From assembly GCA_043228905.1 (NCBI GenBank), contig JBHGNT010000021.1, forward strand, positions 9,486,001 through 9,550,000: a DNA stretch of 64,000 nucleotides, in the 5' to 3' direction. The notes under the pieces are model-generated. The model searched no databases. It was not told the origin of the DNA and saw nothing but the letters and a program-made list of their open reading frames with translations. Each line of letters opens with the position of its first letter. Positions within the stretch are counted from its first letter, which is position 1. The translations under genes and the position numbers were made by a program. Origin of the DNA: Azolla caroliniana. Lineage: Eukaryota; Plantae; Polypodiophyta. Positions 38,863-50,970 of this stretch are shown in pieces.

Positions 38863-39303
38863 CGCTTCTCTGTCTTCTGATCTTCTCTCTCTCTCCTCTG
38901 TGTGCCTGCTCTGCGCCTGCCTGCCTTATATTCTTCTTGGTTTGCTTTTTTAATTCTCGCATCCTTTAATTCTGACCTCCCCCCTTTAATCCTCCTCTTT
39001 CTCCTCCGTTTCTCCTCCCTCAAACTCACTTCTACCCACATACATTGATTGGATCGTTATTCTTAGGGTTCTTCTCCTCCTCCTCCTCCTGCTCCTCCTC
39101 CTCCTCCTTTACTTACATACTTACAAAAACCTAATACTATACCTCTGCCCCAACATAGCCAGAGGGAGACAAAGGCTTTGCGAGAAAGAAACGAAAAAGG
39201 AGAGAAGAGTAGCGCAAACGAAAAAAAGAAAGAGTAGGTTCGGTTCGGTTCGGTTCGGTTAGATTCGATTCGATTCGATTCGGTTGGAAGAAACAGAACC
39301 AAG

Positions 39304-40150
39304 ATGAGTAACGGAGGAGGAGATTGGTCCATCTTCATTCCATCCGATCACATGCATAGTAAGCGGCGCGAAGAAGCAGACGATGATGATGATGAAGAAG
39401 AAGAAGAAGAAGAAGAAGAAGAAGAGGTAAAGAAGCAGATCAAATGTGATGATTCCGACGGCGTTAATGAGAAGAACGTCGTCCATGCTTACAAACGAAG
39501 AAATCCTGGTCCTGGTCCTGGTCCTGGTCCTGGTCCAGACGCTGGCCATGAGCGAGAAATGGTAGTGATGATGACGACGACGAAGACGAAGAAGAAGAAC
39601 AGACAAGAAGACGAAGAAGAGAAACCTCTCCTTTCCAATCCTACCTCTGCTCCTTATGTTATCAGATATGAAGAAGAAAACACTCTGAATCAACTTTCTG
39701 TTCTGAATCATCAGGATTCATCAAATAAGAAGGATCGCACCGGCAGCAATAAAAATGCTGCTATAATCTCGCCTGGCCATGGTCATCATGAGAGGGCCTT
39801 TGATCCTCCATTGGATTCTTTCAAGGACTTGCCTGCTCCGGTGATTGGGAGCCCACCCAAGAAGGAGAGGTTGCAATCGCTCGATGTTTTCCGCGGATTG
39901 ACTGTCGTGGTAAAAGTCCCATATTTCTCCTTCACACACATATTGCATTTTCATTCACTTCACCATAACATGTCTAGTTGTTACAATTAGATGTATACAT
40001 TCTAAAATCTGTTCTTCATCCTCCTACTTCATATGCATTCATCTGAATGCATCGAGCACCTAATAGTTCACCAATCATGCATCAAGCATGTAATGGTTTA
40101 CTACACATACACTACACATGCAGATGCGCATGCAAATACGCATATGAATG

Positions 40151-40191
<41 letters not shown>

Positions 40192-43100
40192 GTAGTATAT
40201 GTACAGATCTCCTTGGAATAAAATAAGTTGCAATGGAGTGATTAAATTTACAATAAGTTGGATGGATTGGATTGGAGATTGGATTGAATTGACTAAAGCC
40301 TTAGAGTCTGCAATGGATTGAATAGAATATGTATTGGGTTGTAATCACTGTCCTCTGCTAGTGTATTTTGATTGAAGAAAAGAGCACCCTAATATTGGAG
40401 AAATTGTAAGCAAAACGCGTCCCTTTTTCTGACAATCCATGACAAATAAATACTGAAGAAATCTCGAGGCCAACATTTTTCTATTTGTTTTCAAATCTTT
40501 TACATTTTTCAATGACGCATAGGATGAGTTGATGTCTAATACTCATTCCTTCAGCTTTTTGGCATGCAGATTAGCGTAATAGCCTATTTTGTTTATTTAG
40601 ACATGGACATGAATGTAGTTGTACCTTGTTCATATTATACGTATTAATATTATATTATGCGTGTTAATGTTTTTGCTTATTATTATGCTTGTTCTCTCAG
40701 TTATCTACTCATCAAAGAAATATGGATCAGATGAGATGCTAAAAATATACATTTCTTTCTGTTATATGCATATATATATGTGTGTGTGTGTGTTAATCAG
40801 GCAATGGTGTTGGTGGATTATGGCGGAGGGCTGTGGGGTGCCCTGGACCATTCGCCCTGGGATGGTGTTGCCTTTGCGGATTTTGTTTTCCCTGCGTTCC
40901 TCTTCATGGTTGGCATCTCGCTAGCCTTAGCTTGCAAGGTGAGTCTTAAATAACCGCTCTTGATTGTCTGATATTCATTCTTTCAGCTTTTTGGCACGTC
41001 GATTAGCATAATAGCCTGCCTCTCTGTTTATTTAGAAATGGACATTAATGTAGCAACTTGTTCATATTATTGGATTGTCTTCTATTTATTAATGCATTAC
41101 TTTTTGAAATGTCTTTACCTTTGCCATTCCTTGTTTTGACATAACTCTATTTTTTCCACATTGGTATGTGTGGCACATATCTTATATTATGTATTTACAT
41201 GAATACACTAGAGGAGATATAATCTTTCATGATGTAATGTACACTGTTTATAAATCTTGCAGTTTGTGGATGATAAGAGATCGGCTCTTGTTATGGTGCT
41301 CTTGCGGTTTCTGAAGCTTTTTGGATTGGGCCTGGTACTCCAAGGTTTGAAACTACTTTCGACTGTATAGGTTCCACAATATAATCTCATGGTTTATTTA
41401 AGTGAAGAAGGAATTGGATGTAAATTTAGGAGGATATCTACACGGCATAAAAAATCTAGGATTCGGTGTGGATCTGCAGTCACTGCGAATCATGGGTATT
41501 CTTCAGGTTTCCTTTCTACCCGTATCTTTTAAGCTGTTTCTCTACTTTTTTCCTTGATCTTGCAGTAAATGGAGTTTTGTTTATCTTATTCAGAGAATTG
41601 GAATTGCTTATGTGATCGTGGCCTTATGTGAAGTATGTCGTTCAAGCAAACACATTCCTCAACCTAATGAGAATTTCTTTGGAATCGTCAAGATTTATTA
41701 TGTACAGTGGTAAGCAAGCAAATCCCAGACTCACACACGTGTATTTATGCATCTAACCATGTATATGGAATATCACATACTCGTGTATTTTTTGAGTTAG
41801 TAGTATTCTTCTCATTGGAAATCTCTAACGGTTAGACCTTGAAGTGGTCACTATGATTTCTTGCTTTCCTAATCATCATTTTAACATCCAATTTGTAATG
41901 TGACTAATATGGTCAATTTTGTTTTGAATATTTGAAACATGAAGGGTTGCTGCGCTCGTGATTGCAGTAATATATACTGGTCTCCTTTATGGAATTTATG
42001 TACCCGACTGGCAATTTGAAGATCCCATGTCTTTGTCGGAGGGGTTGAAGAATATATCCATGGTAACAAAGTATTCAGTCTTGTATTTATATAAACATGG
42101 CGTGAAACCACAATATGTATGCTATTCTTGAATGTAGTCCATATCTATTAATATTTACATTATATCTTTAGACCTAATATCCGAGGTATTTGTGAAATGA
42201 CAAATTGTCAACCTTTACAGGTAAAATGCAATGTTAGGGGGAGCTTAAGCCCAGGATGCAACGCTGTGAGTTTTATCGATCGCTCAGTACTTGGGATCTC
42301 ACATCTATATCAGCGTCCACCTTATCACCGGGTCAAGGTAAAGACTCTTATTATCAGCTTGTCCCAGAACTTATCGCAAAAGCTAATTGTTCTCCCATTT
42401 AAAAACTATACAGTTTTTTTTATATGAAAACAATTCAAAGGTGTCAATTGTTAATTTCATTGTTTTATGTTTATGTAGGAATGTAATGATAACTCCCCAT
42501 CACCTTCTTGGTGTTCGGCGCCATTCGATCCGGAGGGCCTTCTAAGGTACTTACATTCTATTATTCTTTTGGTTTTCTTTCACAAAATTGCTGTCTTATG
42601 ATTCAGGACTCTGTGTATAAAGCAAATGTCTCTTAAACTTTACTTTGGATTTATATTTTGATCACAGTACTCTTCCCGCTATTTTGACGTGCTTCATCGG
42701 TGCTCACTATGGGCATGTGTTATTGCATGTGAAGGTAATGATCATAAAGCATTCTGCATTTGATAATGTTTTTAATTTGCCCCGTGTATGATTCTTTAGA
42801 AAGTCAAAATTTTATTTTCTTATTTTAATCCATAACAATTGCTACTTTTATAGGGTCATAAGAGACAGCTCTTGCAATGGATTGTGTTTGGGGTAGTCGC
42901 CACGATGATGGGGCTGGTGTTTGATTCTATAGGCAAGCATTTGTACCTCATTTTTTTCTTGTTCCAAGCTTTCCAAACATTCAATTCTGCCCAAATGAAG
43001 AAATGGGACTTGTGCATCATTTTAAAACTAAACAAACATGATCTTGTTTTGGGCACATCCAGGAATACCTTTAAACAAGCAACTCTACAGTTTAAGTTAT

Positions 43101-43559
43101 ATGCTGCTTACTGGTGGTGTAGTTGCATTGGCTTTTACGGCAGTTTTTGTGTTGGTATGTGGTAAAAACTATCTAGAGTTTTTTGTGATTATATGCACTT
43201 GCCACTCTTTTTCTAGTATTTATGACTTATGAATGAACCAAATTTTTGTGCTTGGAATAATCATTTGTAGGTGGATGTATATAAATGGCGATCATCTATG
43301 ATTGTGTTTAAATGGATTGGAGCGCATGCGTTAATGGTATATGCCCTGTTTGCATGTGATGTTCTTCCGATCGCGCTTCATGGAATCTATTGGAAATCTC
43401 CAGAGAACAATGTGGTATAAATCATACACATACATATATACACACATTTTTAATTTGTTTTGGCCCCACGGAATGCTGTCTTTGTATGCGTTATGTAACT
43501 TTCTCTATTGGTTTCATAACTAGATACACATTATACTAAAGGGACTTGGAGTTATTTGA
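39304..43559 (+). CDS. HGSNAT: Heparan-alpha-glucosaminide N-acetyltransferase-like membrane acetyltransferase, 13 exons, ~579 aa
   Basis: Exons 39304-39909, 40801-40938, 41263-41344, 41430-41506, 41594-41709, 41945-42062, 42221-42337, 42479-42546, 42668-42734, 42854-42932 (GC donor), 43063-43154, 43271-43414, 43524-43559 (last exon less certain). Phases are all consistent. Motifs RLQSLDVFRG, HSPWDGVAFADFVFPAFLFMVG, RIMGILQRIG, FDPEGLLS, PLNKQLYSLSY. Confidence 0.93.
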
Positions 43560-44539
43560 GCTTGGAGAACTAAATTTTAATCCATATCGGATGTTGGTGA
43601 TTGATGTGGGTGTAAGGAGGCATCCATGTTTGGCGCGCTGCCTACTAAAGGAAATCAAAAGCCAAATCACATGAAATATATGTTGTACCATATATTTCCT
43701 AAGTGGTACAACAACTTTAACTAAAGCAAATGATGAACGCCATAGCTTCCAACTTCCACATGTTCGAGGCAAAAATATTATATATATATATATACATATA
43801 TACAAACACACATACATCTCCTTCTCTGTATATATATATTTATTTATTTATTTAATAGGATCTGCAACAGAAACTCAAGCTTCTGCACATGGGGTCATGA
43901 GATGAAGATAAAACTGGATCGGCGAGATGAACCGAGTCAAAGACCTGCTTGTGTACTATTTGATAGATGATTCTTTTTACGAAGAGACTTTGAAAGATGC
44001 CACTGCTGAGGTGATGTGTGCGCCTTAATTTGAGAGCGGGTTTGAAGTCATTCACCCCACTTTGCACACCCCTGTAGTAAAGTATATGGTTTCATTCCCT
44101 TTTCAAGCTATATAATGAAAAGCTTACTCTAATTCTTTTATTTATTTTTAGACAAATTTTGAATTCCTTAAGCAAACACTTTTTTCATGGGTTTGCAATA
44201 CTACACAATTCTGTTTCATTTGTAAGATGTATTTCCCTGGTTTATATACTTTAAAATTTTCTAACCTGTAGTTGAGAGAGCGAACGTAATATTTTCTTTT
44301 GCTAAACTTGTTTATGCAATTTAGGTTTCATGTCTACTGGAATGATATGAAATGCATAAATGAATCCTGCTGTGTGTTCATGAGAAGAGTACATCTGATT
44401 TCTTTGCTAGTGCCCATAACTGTCCCCACAATGTTTCTTCTTGGGGATGGAAAGCTAGATGAAATAATATCTCAATTAGCAAAACCTGAGAAAGAAGCAA
44501 ACTGCAGATTTTGAACTAACCTTGTTTGTTTGTGCATTG

Positions 44540-44930
44540 AAAGAGAGACAGGATTTTATTATTGTCCTTCAAGGGTCAAATATGACCTATGTGATTGATA
44601 CTCACAGTCATGAACATGTTCAAGATAAAACATGCAAAGCTGGTAAGTCTACTGGTTTATGCCCTAATTTCCCTCTTGCATTGAAGAGAATGTGAGCTGA
44701 GTCACATAGAAGTAATAGTGCAAACAAATTGTGGGCAAGGGATATGTGTCATTGCATGTATCCATCAGTGTTGCGACTTCCCTTCTAGAGAGGAAGATGA
44801 TATTGTAGTTTGGTGCAACATATATAATATAATGTCCAGAGTCTTTTCCATGTCCGTACAAAGTGATTATCCTCAAGAAGAAAGAGCATTTATGACATCT
44901 GTGTCTTGGCTTAAAGAGGCTTCAAAAGAA
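44540..44930 (-). mobile_element. Old RTEX-like LINE 3' fragment
   Basis: HYIIYVAPNYNIIF...ITSM*LSSHSLQC, plus the 3' stem-loop AGGTCATATTTGACC and a GACAATAATAAAATC tail. Confidence 0.7.
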
Positions 44931-44979
44931 ATCTCTTTCTTTTAACGCATGCGTGCATGCCCACACACACACACACACA

Positions 44980-45083
44980 CATGCATCGTTTGCAAAGCAC
45001 AAATAAATGATCGTATGCATGGATGAGCATGATATTGTGAAATGCACATAAGAATGAAGACTTCCTTAAGGGATTAAAAGAGG

Positions 45084-45124
<41 letters not shown>

Positions 45125-45240
45125 ACACACATGCATCGTTTGCAAAGCACAAATAATTGATCGTATGCATGGATGAGCATGATATTGTGAAATGCACATA
45201 AGAATGAAGACTTCCTTAAGGGATTCAAAGAGAGTAAAAC
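44980..45240 (+). repeat. Two tandem copies of a ~150-bp unit bounded by (CA)n
   Basis: ATGCATCGTTTGCAAAGC...CTTAAGGGATT at 44981 and 45131. Confidence 0.85.
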
Positions 45241-46960
45241 ACTCCATTGTAGATCATTTGGTCAGATTAAGAGTAATCATGGAAGAGAGTCGACTACAAG
45301 GAAAAACACTTTATTGTTGTTTTGTTGATTTCAAGAAAGCTTTTGATACTGTACCACGAAGTTAGCTTTTGAGTAGAATGGTAGAGATTGACACACCGTT
45401 AGAGTACCGAGTTGTTGTTGCACACATATATGGACAAGTTAAATGTCAACTAAAAATAGATAGTGGATTCTCAAAGTAAGTTTTAGGTAATATGGGGATC
45501 AAGCAAGCATGTCCACTATCACCCACACTCTTTGGCTTATGTATTGATAAATTAGAAGAAGTGGTGAATAAGGTTGCCGATGAAGAAGGATTGAATGCCC
45601 CCAAATTGATGCAACATGTTATCTTATTGCTTCTATATGCAGATGATGTGGTACTCTTCTCATATGATGTTGATAGCATGCAACATTTACTTGGGGCATT
45701 AGAAGAATTTTACCATAATAGTGGACTAGCAGTGAATGTGGAGAAAACAAAAATGATGGCAGTGCAAACTAACCTACCTCATCATTACCCTATGCTTACA
45801 TATAGAGGCGACCATATACAATTTGTTCAAAGCTTTAAATAGCTTGGTATTGATGTATTTGCCACAAATAAATGGAGTGCATGCTTTGATTCTAGGCTTC
45901 AAGCCGGTTGGAAATCGTATTACTTTTTGGAGAACCAATACAACCAAAATGATACTTGTGGATGGGAAGTAAAACTCTTAAATGTTGTTCAATGCCATGG
46001 TAACTCATGTATTGCTTTATGGAGTAGAAGTATGGGGTGGCACCATCTCCCTTAATTCATGGAATGAGATTGAGAAAATTCAAAAGATGTTCTTAAGAAG
46101 GCAATTAGGAGTTAAATGCACTACCTCTTACTAGGTTATGCTCTTGGAAATAGGTGTTTGGCCCATAGAAATATTGACACTCCAAAGAGTATATAGATAC
46201 ATTACAAAGGTCAAGAATATGCCGAAGCATCGATTACTACATCTTGCTTGGAATGTTGGATGTAAGCTACAAAAGAATCATAAGAGTAAAATTCTCTCAT
46301 CCGATTGGGTTGCTGACATAAGAAAATGGGTTAGAAGATGGGGTATGGATGATCTTTTAGAACTTTTAGGTGATACTATGCAATATATAAGGATTGAGGA
46401 AAGGTCGGTCGAATCATTAAGGATGAAGTGGGAAGATGCTAAGAGGACAAAGCTAGAATACTACATTGCAAATGTCAACCCTGAATGTTGGTCTCAATAT
46501 AAAGCAAGAATTCCTATTGATCGTACCCAACCATATCTCATTACCAATATGAGTAGAAATACTCGTAGAGCCCTTACACTACTTCACACTTGATCTCACA
46601 AGTTAGGTATGAAAATTGCATCATGGTATCAAAATGTAGCAAATTTGAAGGCATGTCAAGTATGCAATGAAGGCATTGTAAAGGACGAATGTCACTTGCT
46701 TTTCACATGCTCGACATATAGTGCAATTCGTTTAAGATATGATGTCATACTAAGAGTGATAACTTAAGTGCCATACTTAAGACACCACCTACAAGGTTGA
46801 GCTCATATGTGTATGCTTTATTCATGCATAGAGACTTTTTATTTCAATGTATGAATACCCCTTTTTAGGAAGAATACACATGTAAACTCTAGGTCAAAAT
46901 TGGCCTCTTTATGGACGATAAAAATTCTAATTCTAATTCTCTCTCTCTCTCTCTCTCTCT
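45240..46960 (+). mobile_element. RTEX-like LINE family A, 5'-truncated
   Basis: DHLVRLRVIMEESRLQG..CCFVDFKKAFD, KQACPLSPTLF, YADDVVL, LLYGVEVWG, C-terminal CQVC..DECHLLFTC; (CT)n tail. Confidence 0.85.
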
Positions 46961-47133
46961 ACTTAAGACACCACCTAGAAGGTTGAGCTCATATGTGTAT
47001 GCTTTATTAACACATAGAGACTTTGTGCTTCAACATATGAATACCCCTTCTTAGGAAGGAGACATATATCAAGAACACATGTAAACTCTAGGTCAAAATT
47101 GGCCTCTTTATGGACGATAAAAATTCTAATTCT

Positions 47134-47171
<38 letters not shown>

Positions 47172-47367
47172 AAGACACCACCTAGAAGGTTGAGCTCATA
47201 TGTGTATGCTTTATTAACACATAGAGACTTTGTGCTTCAACATATGAATACCCCTTCTTAGGAAGGAGACATATATCAAGAACACATGTAAACTCTAGGT
47301 CAAAATTGGCCTCTTTATGGACGATAAAAATTCTAATTCTAATTCTAATTCTCTCTCTCTCTCTCTT
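46961..47367 (+). repeat. Two extra head-to-tail copies of the last ~200 bp of RTEX-A
   Basis: Units 46961-47167 and 47168-47367 start ACTTAAGACACC (as at 46775) and end (AATTCT)n(CT)n. Confidence 0.92.
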
Positions 47368-50300
47368 TGATGGAAATGTAGGCAAATAGGGACACGTGAC
47401 CTATGAGACTAACCCACGCCTTTTATGATTATGCTTTTGGAATTGCAATGGATACCCATGGAATGCGGGATTTGGCATAAAGGAGTTCACCGATGACTCA
47501 AATATCACACTTCTTGTTGAAACATGGGAGCATGATACTCAAAGGATTCAAGGTTTAGAAAACTATAATGTACACTCTTTGATATGGGAGAAAAATCCAA
47601 GACAACGAAGAGGACAAGGAGGGGTGGCATGCTTGGTTAAGAAGGATATAGAGAAATATGTGTCAATCATAAAAAATGATGAACATAAATGCTACATATG
47701 GCTCAAAATAGAAACACCTAATGATTTGCCTACTTTTCAGTAGTTGGATGTTACATTCCTCATCAAGATTCTAACTTTTATGCTTGTTTGGATAAAGATC
47801 AACATTTTGCCAATCTAGAAGATGAATGCTCGTACAAGAAGTTTCTAACTTGATTCACAAAAATCTTTCATGCTACATATCTCAAGGATGCAAGAGGATA
47901 TGCAAATGTATAAACGCTCTTCTAGTGATGAAAAAGATCCGGACAAATTTGGGAAGTTACTCCTACAAATGTGCAATAGACCGGATTGCTTATTGCAAAT
48001 GGTATTTCCTTATGGCCCAACACTAATGGTTTGACACGTAGAAAACAGAACGGAAATAATGTGATTGACTATGTGCTACTTTCCGAAGGTATTTTGGATC
48101 GTATACATAAATTCTCACTTGGTCAATGGACAACGGAATCCAATCATAGGCCTTAATGTATTGATCACAAATGTATGCATAGGTTTGATTGTGAGAAGGC
48201 TAGATGGAAGATAATAAACAACCGCACTTGAGCATGAACCTTAAGCGAGCGTCCATGTATTCCAAGATGGTTGAGGATCTGTTACAAATGAAAAAGATAC
48301 AATATGGTGCCACACTAGCATGCAAATGTGAAGCTTTCAAGAAAGTCATTCTCTCCTGTACAAACAAATGTTTTTCGACCAACCGCACATCATGGAAATG
48401 CACCAAGAAACTTAGGAAAACATGGTTTGATAAATAATGTCGTGAAGCTCGAAAGTGCCTTGTGGTTTTGGATGTAGTTAAGGATAAAGAGAATTACAAA
48501 AAGCATTTGCATGAGTATAAAATGCTTATTCAAAGAAAGAGAAGAATATGGGAAGTTACTCAACAATTGATCCAAACGCAAGAGAAAGAACATGCATGTG
48601 CTAAATTTTGGGGAAATCTAAAGGGGAAACGTGTTGAGAGTTACGATGACTTAACTCTTCACGACTTGTATATGCATTGTAATAATTTATATGAGTTATC
48701 TCTTGCCGGAAAGATGATGTGTTATTGTTCTCTTTCATATATGTCTCCCTTCTTTACAATTGAAGATATACGCATAGGACTTAAGAAATTGGCCTCTCGA
48801 AAGGCACACGATCTTCAATGTATAAAGGCTGAAATGCTCAAATGGATGGGAAATGAAGCACATGTATGGATAAGCGATATGTTTAATGATGCATTGCAAC
48901 ATGGTATGCCATACGATTGGACTATAAATTGGATCAAACCTTTACATAAAGGTGGAGATGTAAATAATGTAAACAACTATCGAACCATCATGGTTGGCTC
49001 ATTAATGGCAAAGCTATTTGGATATATAATGGAATAAAAAATAAGTGTATGGGTTGAAAAAAATGGCAAGAGAGCTTATGGACAAGCTGGCTTTCGAAAA
49101 CACCATAGCACCATTGATCACCTTGTCACCATTCAAGTATTAATGGAGGAAAGTTGCCTTAGAGGTAAAGGTTTATATTGTTGCTTTGTAGACTTCAAGA
49201 AAAGCTTTTGATATGGTACCTTATGAGCATCTTTGGAGGCGAATGGAAGAACTTGAGGTGCCAAGTGAATATATGCTTGCAATTTCCCGAATTTATGAGA
49301 ATGTTATATGTTGTGTGTGTATGAGAGATAAACTTTTAGATTTTTTCAAAAGCACTATTGGTGTTAAGCAAGGATTCCCACTCTTACCAACACTATTTGG
49401 TCTATGCATTGACGAATTGGAAGAAATGGTTACCAAGTTTGCAAAGGAAGAATGTGTTGAGGAAGTTGCCATTGGGAATGTGGTGATTATGCTTTTGCTA
49501 TATGTAGATGATGTAGTGCTTTTTGCAAATACTTTAGGAGATGCACAAAAGCTTATGAAAGCATTGGAAAATTTTTGCATGCATACTAAATTAAGTGTTA
49601 ATAGCTTTAAAACAAAGATTAAGCTTGTGAAGTGTCAAAAAAGAGATAAACCATGCATTATGTACAACAATGAGCCACTTGAATGTGTGGAAAGCTTCAA
49701 ATATCTTGGCCTTGAAGTTCCTTCAAATCATAGATGGAACGAGTGTGCTACCCGCTGAGAGGCAGGTAAGCGAGCATACTATGCATTTGAGAACACATGC
49801 AATCATGGAGATATTAAGTGTTGGGTCCTCAAGAAATATCTTTTCGACACTTTGGTGATACTGGTTCTTCTCTATGGGGTGGAAGTATGGGGCGGTAGCA
49901 TCCCTAAATCTATGTGGAAAGAGTTTGAAAATGTCCAAAAATATTTTCTTACAAAGTTTCTACAAGTTAAGGAACAAACGCCCTACACCCTCCTCCTTGA
50001 GACGGGATTGCTTCCCATTGAGATCATGGCCATGGAAAGGGTTGTTGAATACATGCTTAAGGTTCAAAAAAGTCCCTCACATCAACTTCCTAGAATTGCA
50101 TGGGAAGCAAGCAAAAAGATTCAAAAGACGCATAAAAGGAAAATTTTGTGTTCCGGATGGATATAAGATATAGAAAAATGGTTTGGTATATGGGATGGAG
50201 ACACTTGCTTCATGAGGCCTCTTTGCAATGCCAATGTATCATGACATGGGACAAATGTAGAGGCTCACGCTTCACACATTATAATACACATGTTGCACCG

Positions 50301-50743
50301 AACTACAAAACCATATTAATTGCAGAATGGGGAAACCGTACACATCGATACATGTTAGAGCCCATATCATTATCTGCAATTAGAACCATTGCTCACATGC
50401 ATTGCGATGTGAGACAGGGTGTTGGGGCATAAGTGATGAGAGTGATGGGCTATGCACACTTTGCCCTAAACAAGTTCGCGAGTCTGGGTATCACACTTTG
50501 ATACAATGCTCTGCCTTTGACCATATTCGACCATGCTTTCCACATCTCTTCGACCGAGCCCAATCCTTGCTTCCTCTCAGAACCACAATGTGCACTCTCG
50601 ATTGCAACATTCATTGGTAAAGTTCTTGGACATCGAGAGTCACTACTCACTTTCACACGTATCACGTGAAATGTAATATTTTTGGTCTCATAGGTCATAT
50701 TTGACCTCCGAAGAAAATAATATAATCTCTCTCTCTCTCTCTC
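47368..50743 (+). mobile_element. RTEX-like LINE family B, near full-length ORF (APE-RT-CCHC), decayed
   Basis: CFWNCNG, LLVETWEH, VIDYVL, NYRTIMVG, FVDFKK, KQG.PL.PTLF, YVDDVVL, CETG..LCTLC..ESGYHTLIQC; (CT)n tail. Confidence 0.88.
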
Positions 50744-50819
50744 CTTTCACACGTATCACGTGAAGTGTAATATTTTTGGTCTTATAGGTCATATTTGACC
50801 TCCGAAGACAATAATATAA

Positions 50820-50877
<58 letters not shown>

Positions 50878-50970
50878 TTCACACGTATCACGTGAAATGT
50901 AATATTTTTGGTCTTATAGGTCATATTTGACCTCCGAAGACGATAATATAATCTATTTATCTATCTATCT
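50744..50970 (+). repeat. Two extra copies of the last ~80 bp of RTEX-B with microsatellite tails
   Basis: Units start CTTTCACACGTATCACGTGA at 50744 and 50876. Confidence 0.92.

Noticed and set aside
38200-39300. ORFs upstream of the gene (38277, 38576, 38654, 39063)
   Set aside because: They are translations of (AAG)n, (TACA)n, (AG)n, (CCT)n and (TCGGT)n microsatellites in the promoter/5' UTR.
39259-39711. 150-aa antisense ORF over exon 1
   Set aside because: Shadow of trinucleotide repeats on the coding strand.
39304-43559. Recent horizontal transfer of a bacterial HGSNAT-like gene
   Set aside because: Twelve spliceosomal introns and plant-type motifs indicate the ordinary plant family.
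46775-50970. Repeat-spacer arrays resembling CRISPR
   Set aside because: The repeats are 80-200-bp LINE 3' ends and the spacers are microsatellites; eukaryotic context, no cas genes.
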